A stretch of DNA of 54,072 nt from Syntrophobacterales bacterium Delta_01 (lineage in GTDB: Bacteria; Desulfobacterota; Syntrophobacteria; Syntrophobacterales; Syntrophobacteraceae), in NCBI GenBank assembly GCA_001603845.1, contig LUZZ01000012.1, positions 1 to 54,072 on the forward strand. Direction: 5' to 3'. The position numbers were made by a program, and so were the translations under genes. Below are positions 1 through 8,558 of the stretch, one piece after another. Within the stretch, counting starts at the first letter, position 1; each line of letters starts with the position of its first letter. Under the pieces are notes generated by a model. That model saw nothing but the letters and a program-made list of their open reading frames with translations. It was not told the origin of the DNA and did no database searches.

Positions 1-61
1 GTGGGAGAGCGCTACCTTGACGCGGTAGAAGCCGGCGGTTCGAAACCGCCCGTGCCTACCA
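1..61 (+). tRNA. tRNA-Val (anticodon GAC), 5' end cut by window edge
   Basis: Anticodon arm ctacc/ttGACgc/ggtag (12-28). T arm ggcgg/ttcgaaa/ccgcc (34-50). 7-nt acceptor 3' strand, discriminator A and encoded CCA ending at 61. Confidence 0.8.
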
Positions 62-193
62 CTTTGGGAGGGATTGAAAAACTTTCGGCAACCAGCCTAG
101 AAAATCGATATTGCGACAGGCGGCCGGAAATTTGGGCCCGAACCTCGGCGGGACTGCAAGATTATTGTACCTAAAAAAGCTGTTTACATTCCG

Positions 194-230
194 GGCATCT
201 TTCCAGGCGGTGAGGGTGCCTTTTTTGTTT
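194..230 (+). terminator. Rho-independent terminator-like hairpin after tRNA-Val
   Basis: Stem 194-200/214-220 (ggcatct / gggtgcc, with G-U pairs), 13-nt loop, then TTTTTTGTTT (221-230). Confidence 0.45.
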
Positions 231-274
231 ATGCGCCGCCTCCGGGTCGCCGGAAACGCGCACAGGAACTGACG

Positions 275-2212
275 ATGCAAGCAGATCAAATCCGAATTAC
301 CTTCCCCGACGGCCGCGTCGAGACCGTTCCCAGGGGAACCAGCGTACACGATATACTCGAAAAGGCCGGGAACTCGCAGGACCGGTGGATCGCGGCCAAG
401 GTGGACGGCCGCATGGTGGACCTTGCCGGCCAGGTCCGGGAAGACGCCGTAGTGGAAGGCGTCCGGGCGGGGTCCGAAGAGGGCCTGGACATCCTTCGCC
501 ACAGCGCCGCCCACGTCATGGCCCAGGCAGTCAAGAGCATTTTCCCCGAGGCGCGCGTGGCGATCGGCCCGTCGATTGAAAACGGGTTTTACTACGATTT
601 CGACGTGGCGAGGCCCTTCACCCAGGACGACCTCGAAAAGATCGAGGCCAGGATGAGGGAGATCGTCTCCCAGAAGCTCCCCTTCAAGCGTACGGAAGTC
701 CCGCGGGAAGAGGCGATCCGGTTTTTCGAAGGAATGGGGGAAAAGTACAAGGTCGAACTCTTAAACGAGTTCCAGGACCCGACCGTATCCTATTACCAGC
801 AGGGCGATTTTGTGGACCTGTGCCGGGGACCGCACCTTCCCAATACCGGTTTCCTTAAGGCTTTCAAGCTCATAAACGTTGCCGGCGCGTACTGGCGGGG
901 CGATGAAAAAAACCCGATGCTTCAGCGCATCTACGGGACCGCGTTCTTCGACGTCGATTCTCTCAAGAAATACCTCCATTTCCTGGAGGAGGCGCAAAAG
1001 CGCGACCACCGCAGGCTGGGCAAGGAACTCGACCTGTTTTCGTTTTCCGACGAGATCGGGGCCGGCATGGTGGTCTACCATCCCAAGGGGGCGCTCATCC
1101 GCCATATCCTGGAAAGCTTCGAAAAGCGGGAGCACCTTCGCCGGGGCTACAGTATCGTAATCGGGCCGACGCTGCTTAAAACCGAATTATGGAAAAGATC
1201 CGGCCATTTCGACCACTACCGCGAAAATATGTATTTTACCGAGATAGACGAGCAGTCCTACGGCATAAAGCCCATGAACTGCCTGTCGCACATGCTTATC
1301 TATAAATCAAAAATCCGGAGCTACCGCGACTTGCCTCTGCGCCTTTTCGAACTGGGGACGGTGCACCGGCACGAAAAGTCGGGCGTGCTGCACGGGCTTT
1401 TGAGAGTGCGCCAGTTCACTCAGGATGATGCCCACATCCTGTGCATGCCCGAGCAGCTCAACCAGGAGATCAAGAATATTATCGACTTCATCATTGAAGT
1501 CATGGGCATTTTCGGATTTTCGTACGAAATGGAGATCAGCACCCGGCCCGAGAAGTCGATCGGTACCGACGAGGACTGGGAGCGGGCCACGGCGGCCCTC
1601 ATGAGGGCGCTCGAAGAAAAGGGCATCCCTTTTAAGATCTGCGAAGGGGAAGGCGCCTTCTACGGCCCCAAGATCGACGTGAAGCTCAAGGACGCCCTCG
1701 ACCGGCGGTGGCAGTGCGCAACCATCCAGTGCGACTTCACCCTGCCGGAACGCTTCGACCTCACCTACGTGGGGGCGGACGGGGGCAGGCACCGGCCGGT
1801 AATGGTGCACCGGGTGATCCTGGGCGCGATCGAACGGTTCCTGGGCGTTTTGATCGAGCACTACGCGGGGGCGTTCCCCGTCTGGCTGGCGCCGGTGCAG
1901 GCCGTGATCGTGACGGTTACCGACGCGCAGCTCGATTTCGCGCAGGACGTGTGCGGGCAGCTCAAAAACCGGGGCGTGCGGGTCGAGGTGGACATGCGGA
2001 GCGAAAAGCTCGGCTACAAGATACGGGATGCGCAGATGCAGAAGATCCCCTACATGCTGGTTGTGGGGGACAAGGAGGTCGCGGCGGGCGGCATAGCTCC
2101 CCGCAGGCGCGACGGGACTCAACTCAGTCTTATGAGCCCCGCGGAATTTGCCGATATGGTGGAAAAAGAGTGCCTCGAATCCAGCAAGGGGCGAATCGGA
2201 CTTAACATTTAG
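275..2212 (+). CDS. thrS: threonyl-tRNA synthetase
   Basis: 645-aa ORF. N-terminal TGS-like segment, editing-domain [11 protein letters not shown] motif, class II catalytic core and C-terminal anticodon-binding region. Conserved position ahead of infC. Confidence 0.97.
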   Translation: MQADQIRITFPDGRVETVPRGTSVHDILEKAGNSQDRWIAAKVDGRMVDLAGQVREDAVVEGVRAGSEEGLDILRHSAAHVMAQAVKSIFPEARVAIGPSIENGFYYDFDVARPFTQDDLEKIEARMREIVSQKLPFKRTEVPREEAIRFFEGMGEKYKVELLNEFQDPTVSYYQQGDFVDLCRGPHLPNTGFLKAFKLINVAGAYWRGDEKNPMLQRIYGTAFFDVDSLKKYLHFLEEAQKRDHRRLGKELDLFSFSDEIGAGMVVYHPKGALIRHILESFEKREHLRRGYSIVIGPTLLKTELWKRSGHFDHYRENMYFTEIDEQSYGIKPMNCLSHMLIYKSKIRSYRDLPLRLFELGTVHRHEKSGVLHGLLRVRQFTQDDAHILCMPEQLNQEIKNIIDFIIEVMGIFGFSYEMEISTRPEKSIGTDEDWERATAALMRALEEKGIPFKICEGEGAFYGPKIDVKLKDALDRRWQCATIQCDFTLPERFDLTYVGADGGRHRPVMVHRVILGAIERFLGVLIEHYAGAFPVWLAPVQAVIVTVTDAQLDFAQDVCGQLKNRGVRVEVDMRSEKLGYKIRDAQMQKIPYMLVVGDKEVAAGGIAPRRRDGTQLSLMSPAEFADMVEKECLESSKGRIGLNI

Positions 2213-2322
2213 AGGCATGCCGGCGGCAACCGCCATGGGGGCGGCTCCGGCCGCCGCAAACGTTCAAGGCGCGATCAGGACACATAAAACAAGGAGGAAC
2301 TGCCCTGGAGAAACAAGCAAAC

Positions 2323-2814
2323 GTGAATGACAAGATCCGCGCGCCCGAGGTGCGGGTGATCGGAAACGAAGGACAGCAGCTTGGAATTCTGCCCATCAGA
2401 AAGGCGCTGGAATTGGCCGCCCAGGAACAGCTCGATTTGGTGGAAGTGGCCCCGAACGCCGAGCCGCCCGTCTGCAAGATAATGGATTATGGGAAGTTCA
2501 AATACCAGCAGAGCAAGAGAACCCAGGAAGCCCGAAAGAAGCAGACCGTAATCCAGGTGAAGGAAGTCAAGATCCGCCCGAAGACCGACGAACACGACCT
2601 GCAGGTAAAGATGCGCCATATCAAGCGCTTTCTGGCCCAGAAAGACAAGGCCAAGATAACGATACTTTTCCGGGGCCGCGAGATAGCATATTCCGACCAG
2701 GGGATGAAGATTCTGGAGCGGGTCAGGGAGGAACTCAAGGACGAAGTGGTGGTCGAGCAGCAGCCGAAGATGGAAGGCCGCAACATGATCATGATTTTGG
2801 CGCCGAAATCATAA
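2323..2814 (+). CDS. infC: translation initiation factor IF-3 (GTG at 2323; the true start may be the in-frame CTG at 2305)
   Basis: NDKIRAPEVRVIGNEGQQLGI... is a typical IF3 N-domain. Follows thrS and precedes rpmI-rplT. AAGGAGG at 2291-2297. Confidence 0.93.
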   Translation: MNDKIRAPEVRVIGNEGQQLGILPIRKALELAAQEQLDLVEVAPNAEPPVCKIMDYGKFKYQQSKRTQEARKKQTVIQVKEVKIRPKTDEHDLQVKMRHIKRFLAQKDKAKITILFRGREIAYSDQGMKILERVREELKDEVVVEQQPKMEGRNMIMILAPKS

Positions 2815-2841
2815 AAAATCCAGGTTGTCTCCCTTAATGTG

Positions 2842-2870
2842 TTGACTCTTCCCTAAGGCCAAAATAAACT
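2842..2870 (+). promoter_or_regulatory. sigma-70-like promoter ahead of rpmI-rplT
   Basis: TTGACT (2842-2847), 17-nt spacer, TAAACT (2865-2870). Confidence 0.4.
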
Positions 2871-2882
2871 ATATTTTTTGTG

Positions 2883-2922
2883 CCGCAGCGATCTGCGCCA
2901 TGACGCTGGGTTGCGGTTTTTT
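2883..2922 (+). promoter_or_regulatory. terminator-like attenuator hairpin in the rpmI leader
   Basis: 7-bp stem ccgcagc/gttgcgg (2883-2889 / 2910-2916), 20-nt loop, then T6 (2917-2922). Lies 40 nt before the rpmI ATG. Confidence 0.4.
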
Positions 2923-2963
2923 GCCGTCAGCCTTCATTCCTAGTCCACGGAGGATATAGTGTA

Positions 2964-3161
2964 ATGCCTAAGATCAGGTCCAACCGCGCCGCAGCCAAGC
3001 GGTTCAAGAAGACGGGAACGGGCAAGGTAGTCCGCGCCAAGGCGATGAAAAGCCACATCCTGACCAAAAAATCGCCCAAGAGGAAGCGGGCTCTGCGCCG
3101 GGACACGGTGGTCAGCGCGGTCAGCGCGAAGGCCCTCCAGAGGATGCTGCCCTATATATAA
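2964..3161 (+). CDS. rpmI: 50S ribosomal protein L35
   Basis: 65-aa basic ORF starting [21 protein letters not shown]. Conserved infC-rpmI-rplT order. Confidence 0.95.
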   Translation: MPKIRSNRAAAKRFKKTGTGKVVRAKAMKSHILTKKSPKRKRALRRDTVVSAVSAKALQRMLPYI

Positions 3162-3285
3162 GGAAGCACCCGGTTTTTAGAGCCCGGGGCCGGGGCGGGC
3201 GCGCTCCCGGCGATGGGTGCCGGCCCGGCCGGGGACCGGCGTTTTTGAACACGACGCCCGAACCCTCCATTTCAAGGAGATTGTG

Positions 3286-3639
3286 ATGCCCAGAGTCAAA
3301 AAGGCAGTTAAATCGCGCGAGAGGCGCAAGAAGATCCTCTCCGCAGCCAAGGGATACCGCGGCGGACGCGGCACGCTGATCCGCACCGCGACGGAAACGG
3401 TCGAACGCGCGCTCAAGTTCGCCTACCGGGACCGCAAGGTCAAAAAACGCGAGTTCCGGAGCCTGTGGATCATGCGCATCAACGCCGCCGCGCGCATGCA
3501 CGACCTCAGCTATTCCAAGTTCATGAACGGGCTCAAGAAAGCCAACATCACGCTTGATCGCAAGGCCCTGGCGCACCTTGCCGCCACCAACCCGGAAGCA
3601 TTCGGCGAACTGGCCAAAATTGCCAAAGAAGCAGCGTAG
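3286..3639 (+). CDS. rplT: 50S ribosomal protein L20
   Basis: Internal ATG at 3286 preceded by [24 protein letters not shown]...GYRGGRG is the L20 N-terminus. 117 aa. Confidence 0.95.
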   Translation: MPRVKKAVKSRERRKKILSAAKGYRGGRGTLIRTATETVERALKFAYRDRKVKKREFRSLWIMRINAAARMHDLSYSKFMNGLKKANITLDRKALAHLAATNPEAFGELAKIAKEAA

Positions 3640-3642
3640 GAC

Positions 3643-4653
3643 ATGAAAGAGGCGGTTGAGAACCTGCTTGAGACGGCTTCGCACGAAGTAGGCGGGTTGG
3701 CGGAGGACCCGAAGGGGCTCGATCAGGCAAGGATTCGTTTTCTTGGCAGGAAGGGGGAGCTGGCCCAGCTCTTCAAGGAACTGGGCAAGGTGCCCGAGCA
3801 GGAACGCCGGGAAGCCGGAAGGCTTTTGAACGAGGCGAAATCCAAGCTGGAGGCCATTTTCTCCGAAGTGGCCGAAAAAGCCCGCCAGGCCGCGGCCGGG
3901 AAACGGGAAGCCATCGATGTGACCGTTCCGGGCAGGTCCCCCCTGGTCGGCCGGCTGCATCCCATCACCCAGATCGCGACCGAGATCACCCGCATTTTCA
4001 ACTGGCTGGGGTTCGAAACGGTCGAAGGCCCCGAAGTGGAACTCGACTACTACAACTTCGAGGCCCTGAACATCCCCAAGGACCACCCCGCGCGGGAAAT
4101 GCAGGATACCTTCTACATCTCGGACGACGTCGTCCTGCGCACGCACACCTCGCCCATCCAGGTCCGGGTTATGGAAAAGCGGCGGCCGCCCATCCGCGTC
4201 ATCGCTCCCGGAAGGACCTACCGCTGCGACTCCGACGTGACCCACACGCCCATGTTCCACCAGGTGGAAGGCCTGATGGTCGGAAAGGGCGTCTCGTTCG
4301 GCGACCTGAAGGGAATCCTCACCACGTTCGTCCAGCAGATGTTCGGTCCCGAGACCGGGCTGCGCTTCCGGCCGAGCTTTTTCCCGTTCACCGAACCGAG
4401 CGCCGAAGTGGACATCCAGTGCGTGATGTGCCGCGGCGCCGGGTGCCGGGTATGTTCGCACACCGGCTGGCTCGAAATCCTGGGATCGGGAATGGTGGAC
4501 CCCGAGGTCTACAAGTACGTGGGCTACGACCCGGAGGAAGTTACCGGCTTCGCCTTCGGAATGGGAATCGAGCGGATCGCCATGCTGAAGCTCGGTATCG
4601 ACGACCTGCGCCTCTTCTTCGAAAACGACCTCCGTTTCCTCAGCCAATTTTGA
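3643..4653 (+). CDS. pheS: phenylalanyl-tRNA synthetase alpha subunit
   Basis: 336 aa. Class II aaRS motifs ([22 protein letters not shown]). Follows rplT. Confidence 0.96.
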   Translation: MKEAVENLLETASHEVGGLAEDPKGLDQARIRFLGRKGELAQLFKELGKVPEQERREAGRLLNEAKSKLEAIFSEVAEKARQAAAGKREAIDVTVPGRSPLVGRLHPITQIATEITRIFNWLGFETVEGPEVELDYYNFEALNIPKDHPAREMQDTFYISDDVVLRTHTSPIQVRVMEKRRPPIRVIAPGRTYRCDSDVTHTPMFHQVEGLMVGKGVSFGDLKGILTTFVQQMFGPETGLRFRPSFFPFTEPSAEVDIQCVMCRGAGCRVCSHTGWLEILGSGMVDPEVYKYVGYDPEEVTGFAFGMGIERIAMLKLGIDDLRLFFENDLRFLSQF

Positions 4654-4806
4654 TGCGGAAAATCCCCCTGCCCTCCCCGGAAACCTCCAGGCGGCACGGG
4701 GAGATGTGGTTATCAGCCGGGTGGATCGCGCCGGGCGAAACCCGACAAATTTTCGTACACCGGGCAAATTCCATCAAACGCCGGTGCGCCGGACACGAGA
4801 CAACTC

Positions 4807-7209
4807 ATGCTCATCAGTCTAAAATGGCTTTCCCAATACGTTGACTGCTCACTTTCGCCCGAACGGCTGGCCGACGGCCTCACCATGGCGGGCCTGGAAG
4901 TGGAATCTCTCTCGCCGCGCTACCCGAGGCTCAAAAACGTGATCGTGGCACGGGTCGATTCGGTGGAACCGCACCCCAACGCCGACCGGCTCAAGCTGTG
5001 TTCCGTTTCCACCGGAAACGCCTCGTACCGGGTGGTGTGCGGCGCGCCCAACGTGCGCGCCGGGATGCTCGTCCCCCTGGCCGTGCCGGGGGCCGAACTG
5101 GAAGGCGGGACCGTCCGTGAAGCGGTCGTACGCGGGCAGCATTCGCAGGGCATGCTGTGTTCGGAAAAAGAGCTGGGGCTGGGCGACGACCACAGCGGCA
5201 TCTGGATCCTGCCCGAAACCACCCCGGTCGGCAAGGCGCTGGACGCGGCGTTCGGAATCGACGACATGCTGATGGAAGTGGCCATCACGCCCAACCGGGG
5301 CGACTGCCTTTCGGTTTTCGGGATCGCCCGCGAAGTGGCCGCTCTGTGCAAAACGCAAACCAGATTTCCGGAAACGTCCCCGGAGGAAGCCGGTCCGGCC
5401 ATCGAATCCCTCACGTCGGTGACCATCGACGACCCCGACGGGTGCCCGCGCTACTCCGCCAGGCTGGTCCGGGGGGTGAAGATCGGCCCGTCTCCGCAAT
5501 GGCTGAAAGACCGGGTGGAATCCGCCGGCGTTCGGTCCATAAACAATATCGTGGACGTCACCAACTTCATCATGCTCGAACTGGGGCAGCCCCTGCACGC
5601 ATTCGATTTCGACCGGCTGCGCGAGCACCGGATCGTGGTCCGGAAATCCGCCCCCGGTGAGCGCTTCACCACCCTGGACGGGGCGGAGCGCGAACTGCCC
5701 CCCGATACCGTCATGATCTGCGACGGGGCCGGGCCGGTGGCCGTAGGCGGCATCATGGGCGGACTCAATTCGGAAATCGAGCCGGACACCACCAACGTCC
5801 TGATTGAAAGCGCCTACTTCCAGCCCCTGTCCATCCGCAGGAGCAGCAAGCGGCTGGGGCTCAAGACCGAGTCCGCTTACCGGTTCGAGCGCGGCACGGA
5901 CCCCGAGGGCGTGCTGCGGGCGCTGGACAGAGCGGCGAAGCTGATGCACGAAGTGGGAGGCGGCGCCATCGCTTCGGGAAGGATCGACGTCTATCCCCGG
6001 CCCGTCACGCCGCCCGTGGTGGCACTGCGGGTCGACGCCGTGAACCGGTTGCTGGGGACCGGCCTCCCTGCCGACGCCATGAAAGAAGTGCTGGAACGGA
6101 TCGACATGCGGGTCGAACCGAACGGCCAGGGCCGTTTCGAAGTGGTCCCGCCCCCGTTTCGCCCCGATATTACGCGGGAAGTGGACCTGGCGGAAGAAAT
6201 CGCGCGCCTCACCGGCTACGACGACATCCCGGTCACCAGCCCCGCGGCGGCCGTGGCGGCCTCGCCGCTCGATCCTCACCAGAGGGCGCGAAGGGAAATG
6301 AAGCGCCGGATGGAAAGCGCCGGCTTTTTCGAGGTGATCAACTACTCGTTCATTTCGGAAGAGGCCCTGAAGAAACTCCGGCTGCCCGAGGACTCGCCGG
6401 GGCTCGACCCGGTGCGGCTCAAAAACCCCCTGAGCGACGAACAGGCCGTGATGCGCACCAGCCTGGTGCCCGGCCTGCTGCAAAACGCCCGCTACAATTT
6501 CGACCGCAGGTGCGAAGGGCTGAAGCTTTTCGAACTCAGCAAGGTCTTCCTCCCCAGGAAAGGGGAGCTGCTGGCCGACGAGCCTTTCCACATCGCCGGG
6601 GTGACAGCCGGCAGGCGCATCCCGCAACTGCTCTACGGGGGCGACCGGCAGGTGGACTATGCCGATGTGAAGGGCGCGGTGGAGTTCATCCTGCAATTTT
6701 TCGGCATCAAGGGCGCTCTCTTCCGGGCGGAGTCCCTTCCGCCGTGGCTCGACCCCTACGAGGCGGCATCCGTTTTCGCCGGCGAAAACCGGCTGGGCGA
6801 ACTGGGCCGGGTGCATTCCGAAGTCGAGGAAGCCTTCGACATCAAACGTCCCGTTTATCTGTTCCGGCTGAACTTCGACAAGCTTTTCGAGCTGCGCGGC
6901 CCGAGCCCCTTCTTCAGCAGTTTGCCGAAATTCCCGGCGGTTGCCCGGGACATCGCCCTGATGGCCGCCGAGACGCTTCCGGTCGAACAGGTGCTCGATT
7001 TTATCGCCTCGTTTAAAGAACCTCTACTGGAATGCATCGAGATATTCGATATATTTAGAAGCGAGCAGATTGGGGCGGGCAAGAAGAGCGTGGGCTACAG
7101 GCTGACGTACCGCGCCGCCGACCGCAGTCTCACCGATGAAGAGGTAAACGCCATCCACGCAAAGCTGGTGGAAAAGGTCGTCCACAAATTCGGGGTTTCA
7201 GTGAGGTAG
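4807..7209 (+). CDS. pheT: phenylalanyl-tRNA synthetase beta subunit
   Basis: 800 aa. N-terminal tRNA-binding domain (VVARVDSVEPHPNADRL), B3/4 and B5 regions, C-terminal FDX-ACB-like domain. Confidence 0.96.
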   Translation: MLISLKWLSQYVDCSLSPERLADGLTMAGLEVESLSPRYPRLKNVIVARVDSVEPHPNADRLKLCSVSTGNASYRVVCGAPNVRAGMLVPLAVPGAELEGGTVREAVVRGQHSQGMLCSEKELGLGDDHSGIWILPETTPVGKALDAAFGIDDMLMEVAITPNRGDCLSVFGIAREVAALCKTQTRFPETSPEEAGPAIESLTSVTIDDPDGCPRYSARLVRGVKIGPSPQWLKDRVESAGVRSINNIVDVTNFIMLELGQPLHAFDFDRLREHRIVVRKSAPGERFTTLDGAERELPPDTVMICDGAGPVAVGGIMGGLNSEIEPDTTNVLIESAYFQPLSIRRSSKRLGLKTESAYRFERGTDPEGVLRALDRAAKLMHEVGGGAIASGRIDVYPRPVTPPVVALRVDAVNRLLGTGLPADAMKEVLERIDMRVEPNGQGRFEVVPPPFRPDITREVDLAEEIARLTGYDDIPVTSPAAAVAASPLDPHQRARREMKRRMESAGFFEVINYSFISEEALKKLRLPEDSPGLDPVRLKNPLSDEQAVMRTSLVPGLLQNARYNFDRRCEGLKLFELSKVFLPRKGELLADEPFHIAGVTAGRRIPQLLYGGDRQVDYADVKGAVEFILQFFGIKGALFRAESLPPWLDPYEAASVFAGENRLGELGRVHSEVEEAFDIKRPVYLFRLNFDKLFELRGPSPFFSSLPKFPAVARDIALMAAETLPVEQVLDFIASFKEPLLECIEIFDIFRSEQIGAGKKSVGYRLTYRAADRSLTDEEVNAIHAKLVEKVVHKFGVSVR

Positions 7210-7218
7210 CCGGACACC

Positions 7219-7614
7219 ATGAAAGAGCAGGACAGCAACAGCAGCAGTTGCAAGCCGAAAGAGCCCCTGCCGGACCGCAAGACTCCGTGCGAGGTCACGT
7301 TTTTCCTGGGAGACCAGACCTTCAGGGGCACGTCCATCCATTTCAGCGACCACGGCATGCTCGTCCAGTGCAAAGACCCCGCCCCGCTCAATGCCAAGGT
7401 CCGGCTGGTGCTCCAGTTTCCGGGCTTCAAGAACACCCTGGAACTGAACGGAGAGGTGGTGTGGACCAATATCCACGGAGCGGGCGACTCCCTGGCCCCC
7501 AAAGGGATGGGCGTCAAGTTTTCGAATATCGAGCGGGACTTGGAACGCCTGATGGCGGAACTGGCCACCCAGTATGAATCGTTCGGCAGCGTCTATTCCT
7601 GCTATTACACGTAA
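7219..7614 (+). CDS. PilZ-domain protein (putative c-di-GMP binding)
   Basis: 131 aa. The pattern ...DRKTPCEVTFF...GTSIHFSDHGMLV...LNGEVVWTN... resembles a PilZ beta-barrel. Starts 10 nt after pheT. Confidence 0.6.
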   Translation: MKEQDSNSSSCKPKEPLPDRKTPCEVTFFLGDQTFRGTSIHFSDHGMLVQCKDPAPLNAKVRLVLQFPGFKNTLELNGEVVWTNIHGAGDSLAPKGMGVKFSNIERDLERLMAELATQYESFGSVYSCYYT

Positions 7615-7848
7615 TCAAACGGCCGGTCCCGTGATTTTGCCCGCCTGAACCGAAAAGCCCGTTTCCCGGATCCCCCGATCCGGGAAAGCTGTTTCAAGGG
7701 GGAAGAAATTCCCGGGCGCGATTTCACCACAGAGGACCCGGAAGGCGCGGAGGATATTCAGAAAGAAACCCGGCCGGAGAGACTGCTTCCATTCCCTGGT
7801 GGAAGGGAATGCAACGCTGTTGACTTCAGGAGCGACGCTCCATGAACG

Positions 7849-7944
7849 CCCCTCCCTCGGCGGGAGGGGGATTTTCGTTCGTTCCGCTATTGGCGAACCT
7901 TAATATTCTTTTGGGCAACAGCCTCAAAGGCCGTGTCCACCCGG
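7849..7944 (+). repeat. structured intergenic repeat, copy A; includes a terminator-like hairpin at 7849-7869 plus a T-rich tail
   Basis: cccctccc-tcggc-gggagggg hairpin followed by gattttcgttcgtt. The 58-nt core differs at 4 positions from the inverted copy at 11666-11762 (manual alignment). Confidence 0.7.
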
Positions 7945-7996
7945 AGGCTTCCGGAGAAAAAGCAATTTTGTCTACTTCACCCCTTGCGAGGCTGTT

Positions 7997-8542
7997 TTGA
8001 AATTTCTTGAACTGGCCCTGATAGCGGCGGCGCTCGGTTGCGACGCATTCGCCGTCGGGATGGGCGTGGGGGCCCGGTCCTGCCGGCCGAGGCAGGTCTT
8101 CAGGCTCTCCTTCCACTTCGGGCTCTTTCAGTTTATGATGCCGCTTCTCGGGTGGTTTCTCGGAAAGAACCTAGTGGGGGTGGCCAGCCGGTGGGGGCCG
8201 TGGATCGCTTGCGGCCTGCTGTTCTTCATCGGCGGAAAGATGGTCCTGGAAAGCCTGCGCCCGCGAACCGGCAGCCACGCGGATTGCCTGGACCCCACGC
8301 GGGGGATGAGCCTCATCGTCCTGTCGGTCGCCACCAGCATCGACGCCCTGGGGGTGGGATTCGGCCTGGGGGTGCTGGGGGCCGGGCTCCTGTTTCCGGC
8401 GGTGTGGATCGGGATTACCGCCGGCGCCATGACCTGGGCGGCGATGAAGCTCGGCAACCGGCTCTCGGAGCGGTTCGGGGTGTGGATGGAACTGGCCGGC
8501 GGCATCATTCTTATGGCGATCGCGGTTAAACTTGTCCTGTAG
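7997..8542 (+). CDS. mntP: manganese efflux pump MntP family (TTG start)
   Basis: 181 aa, polytopic. MKFLELALIAAALGCDAFAVGMG and the second-half repeat SIDALGVGFGLG are typical of MntP/DUF204. Confidence 0.85.
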   Translation: MKFLELALIAAALGCDAFAVGMGVGARSCRPRQVFRLSFHFGLFQFMMPLLGWFLGKNLVGVASRWGPWIACGLLFFIGGKMVLESLRPRTGSHADCLDPTRGMSLIVLSVATSIDALGVGFGLGVLGAGLLFPAVWIGITAGAMTWAAMKLGNRLSERFGVWMELAGGIILMAIAVKLVL

Positions 8543-8558
8543 CGAAACGGATACCATC

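Noticed and set aside
7620-7996. Possible yybP-ykoY (manganese) riboswitch upstream of mntP.
   Set aside because: I looked for the conserved GGGGAGUAG ... UUGACAUA ... AGACC motifs on the plus strand and did not find them. The only similar string (ggggtgaagtag) is on the wrong strand. The region is largely occupied by the dispersed repeat. A covariance-model scan would be decisive.
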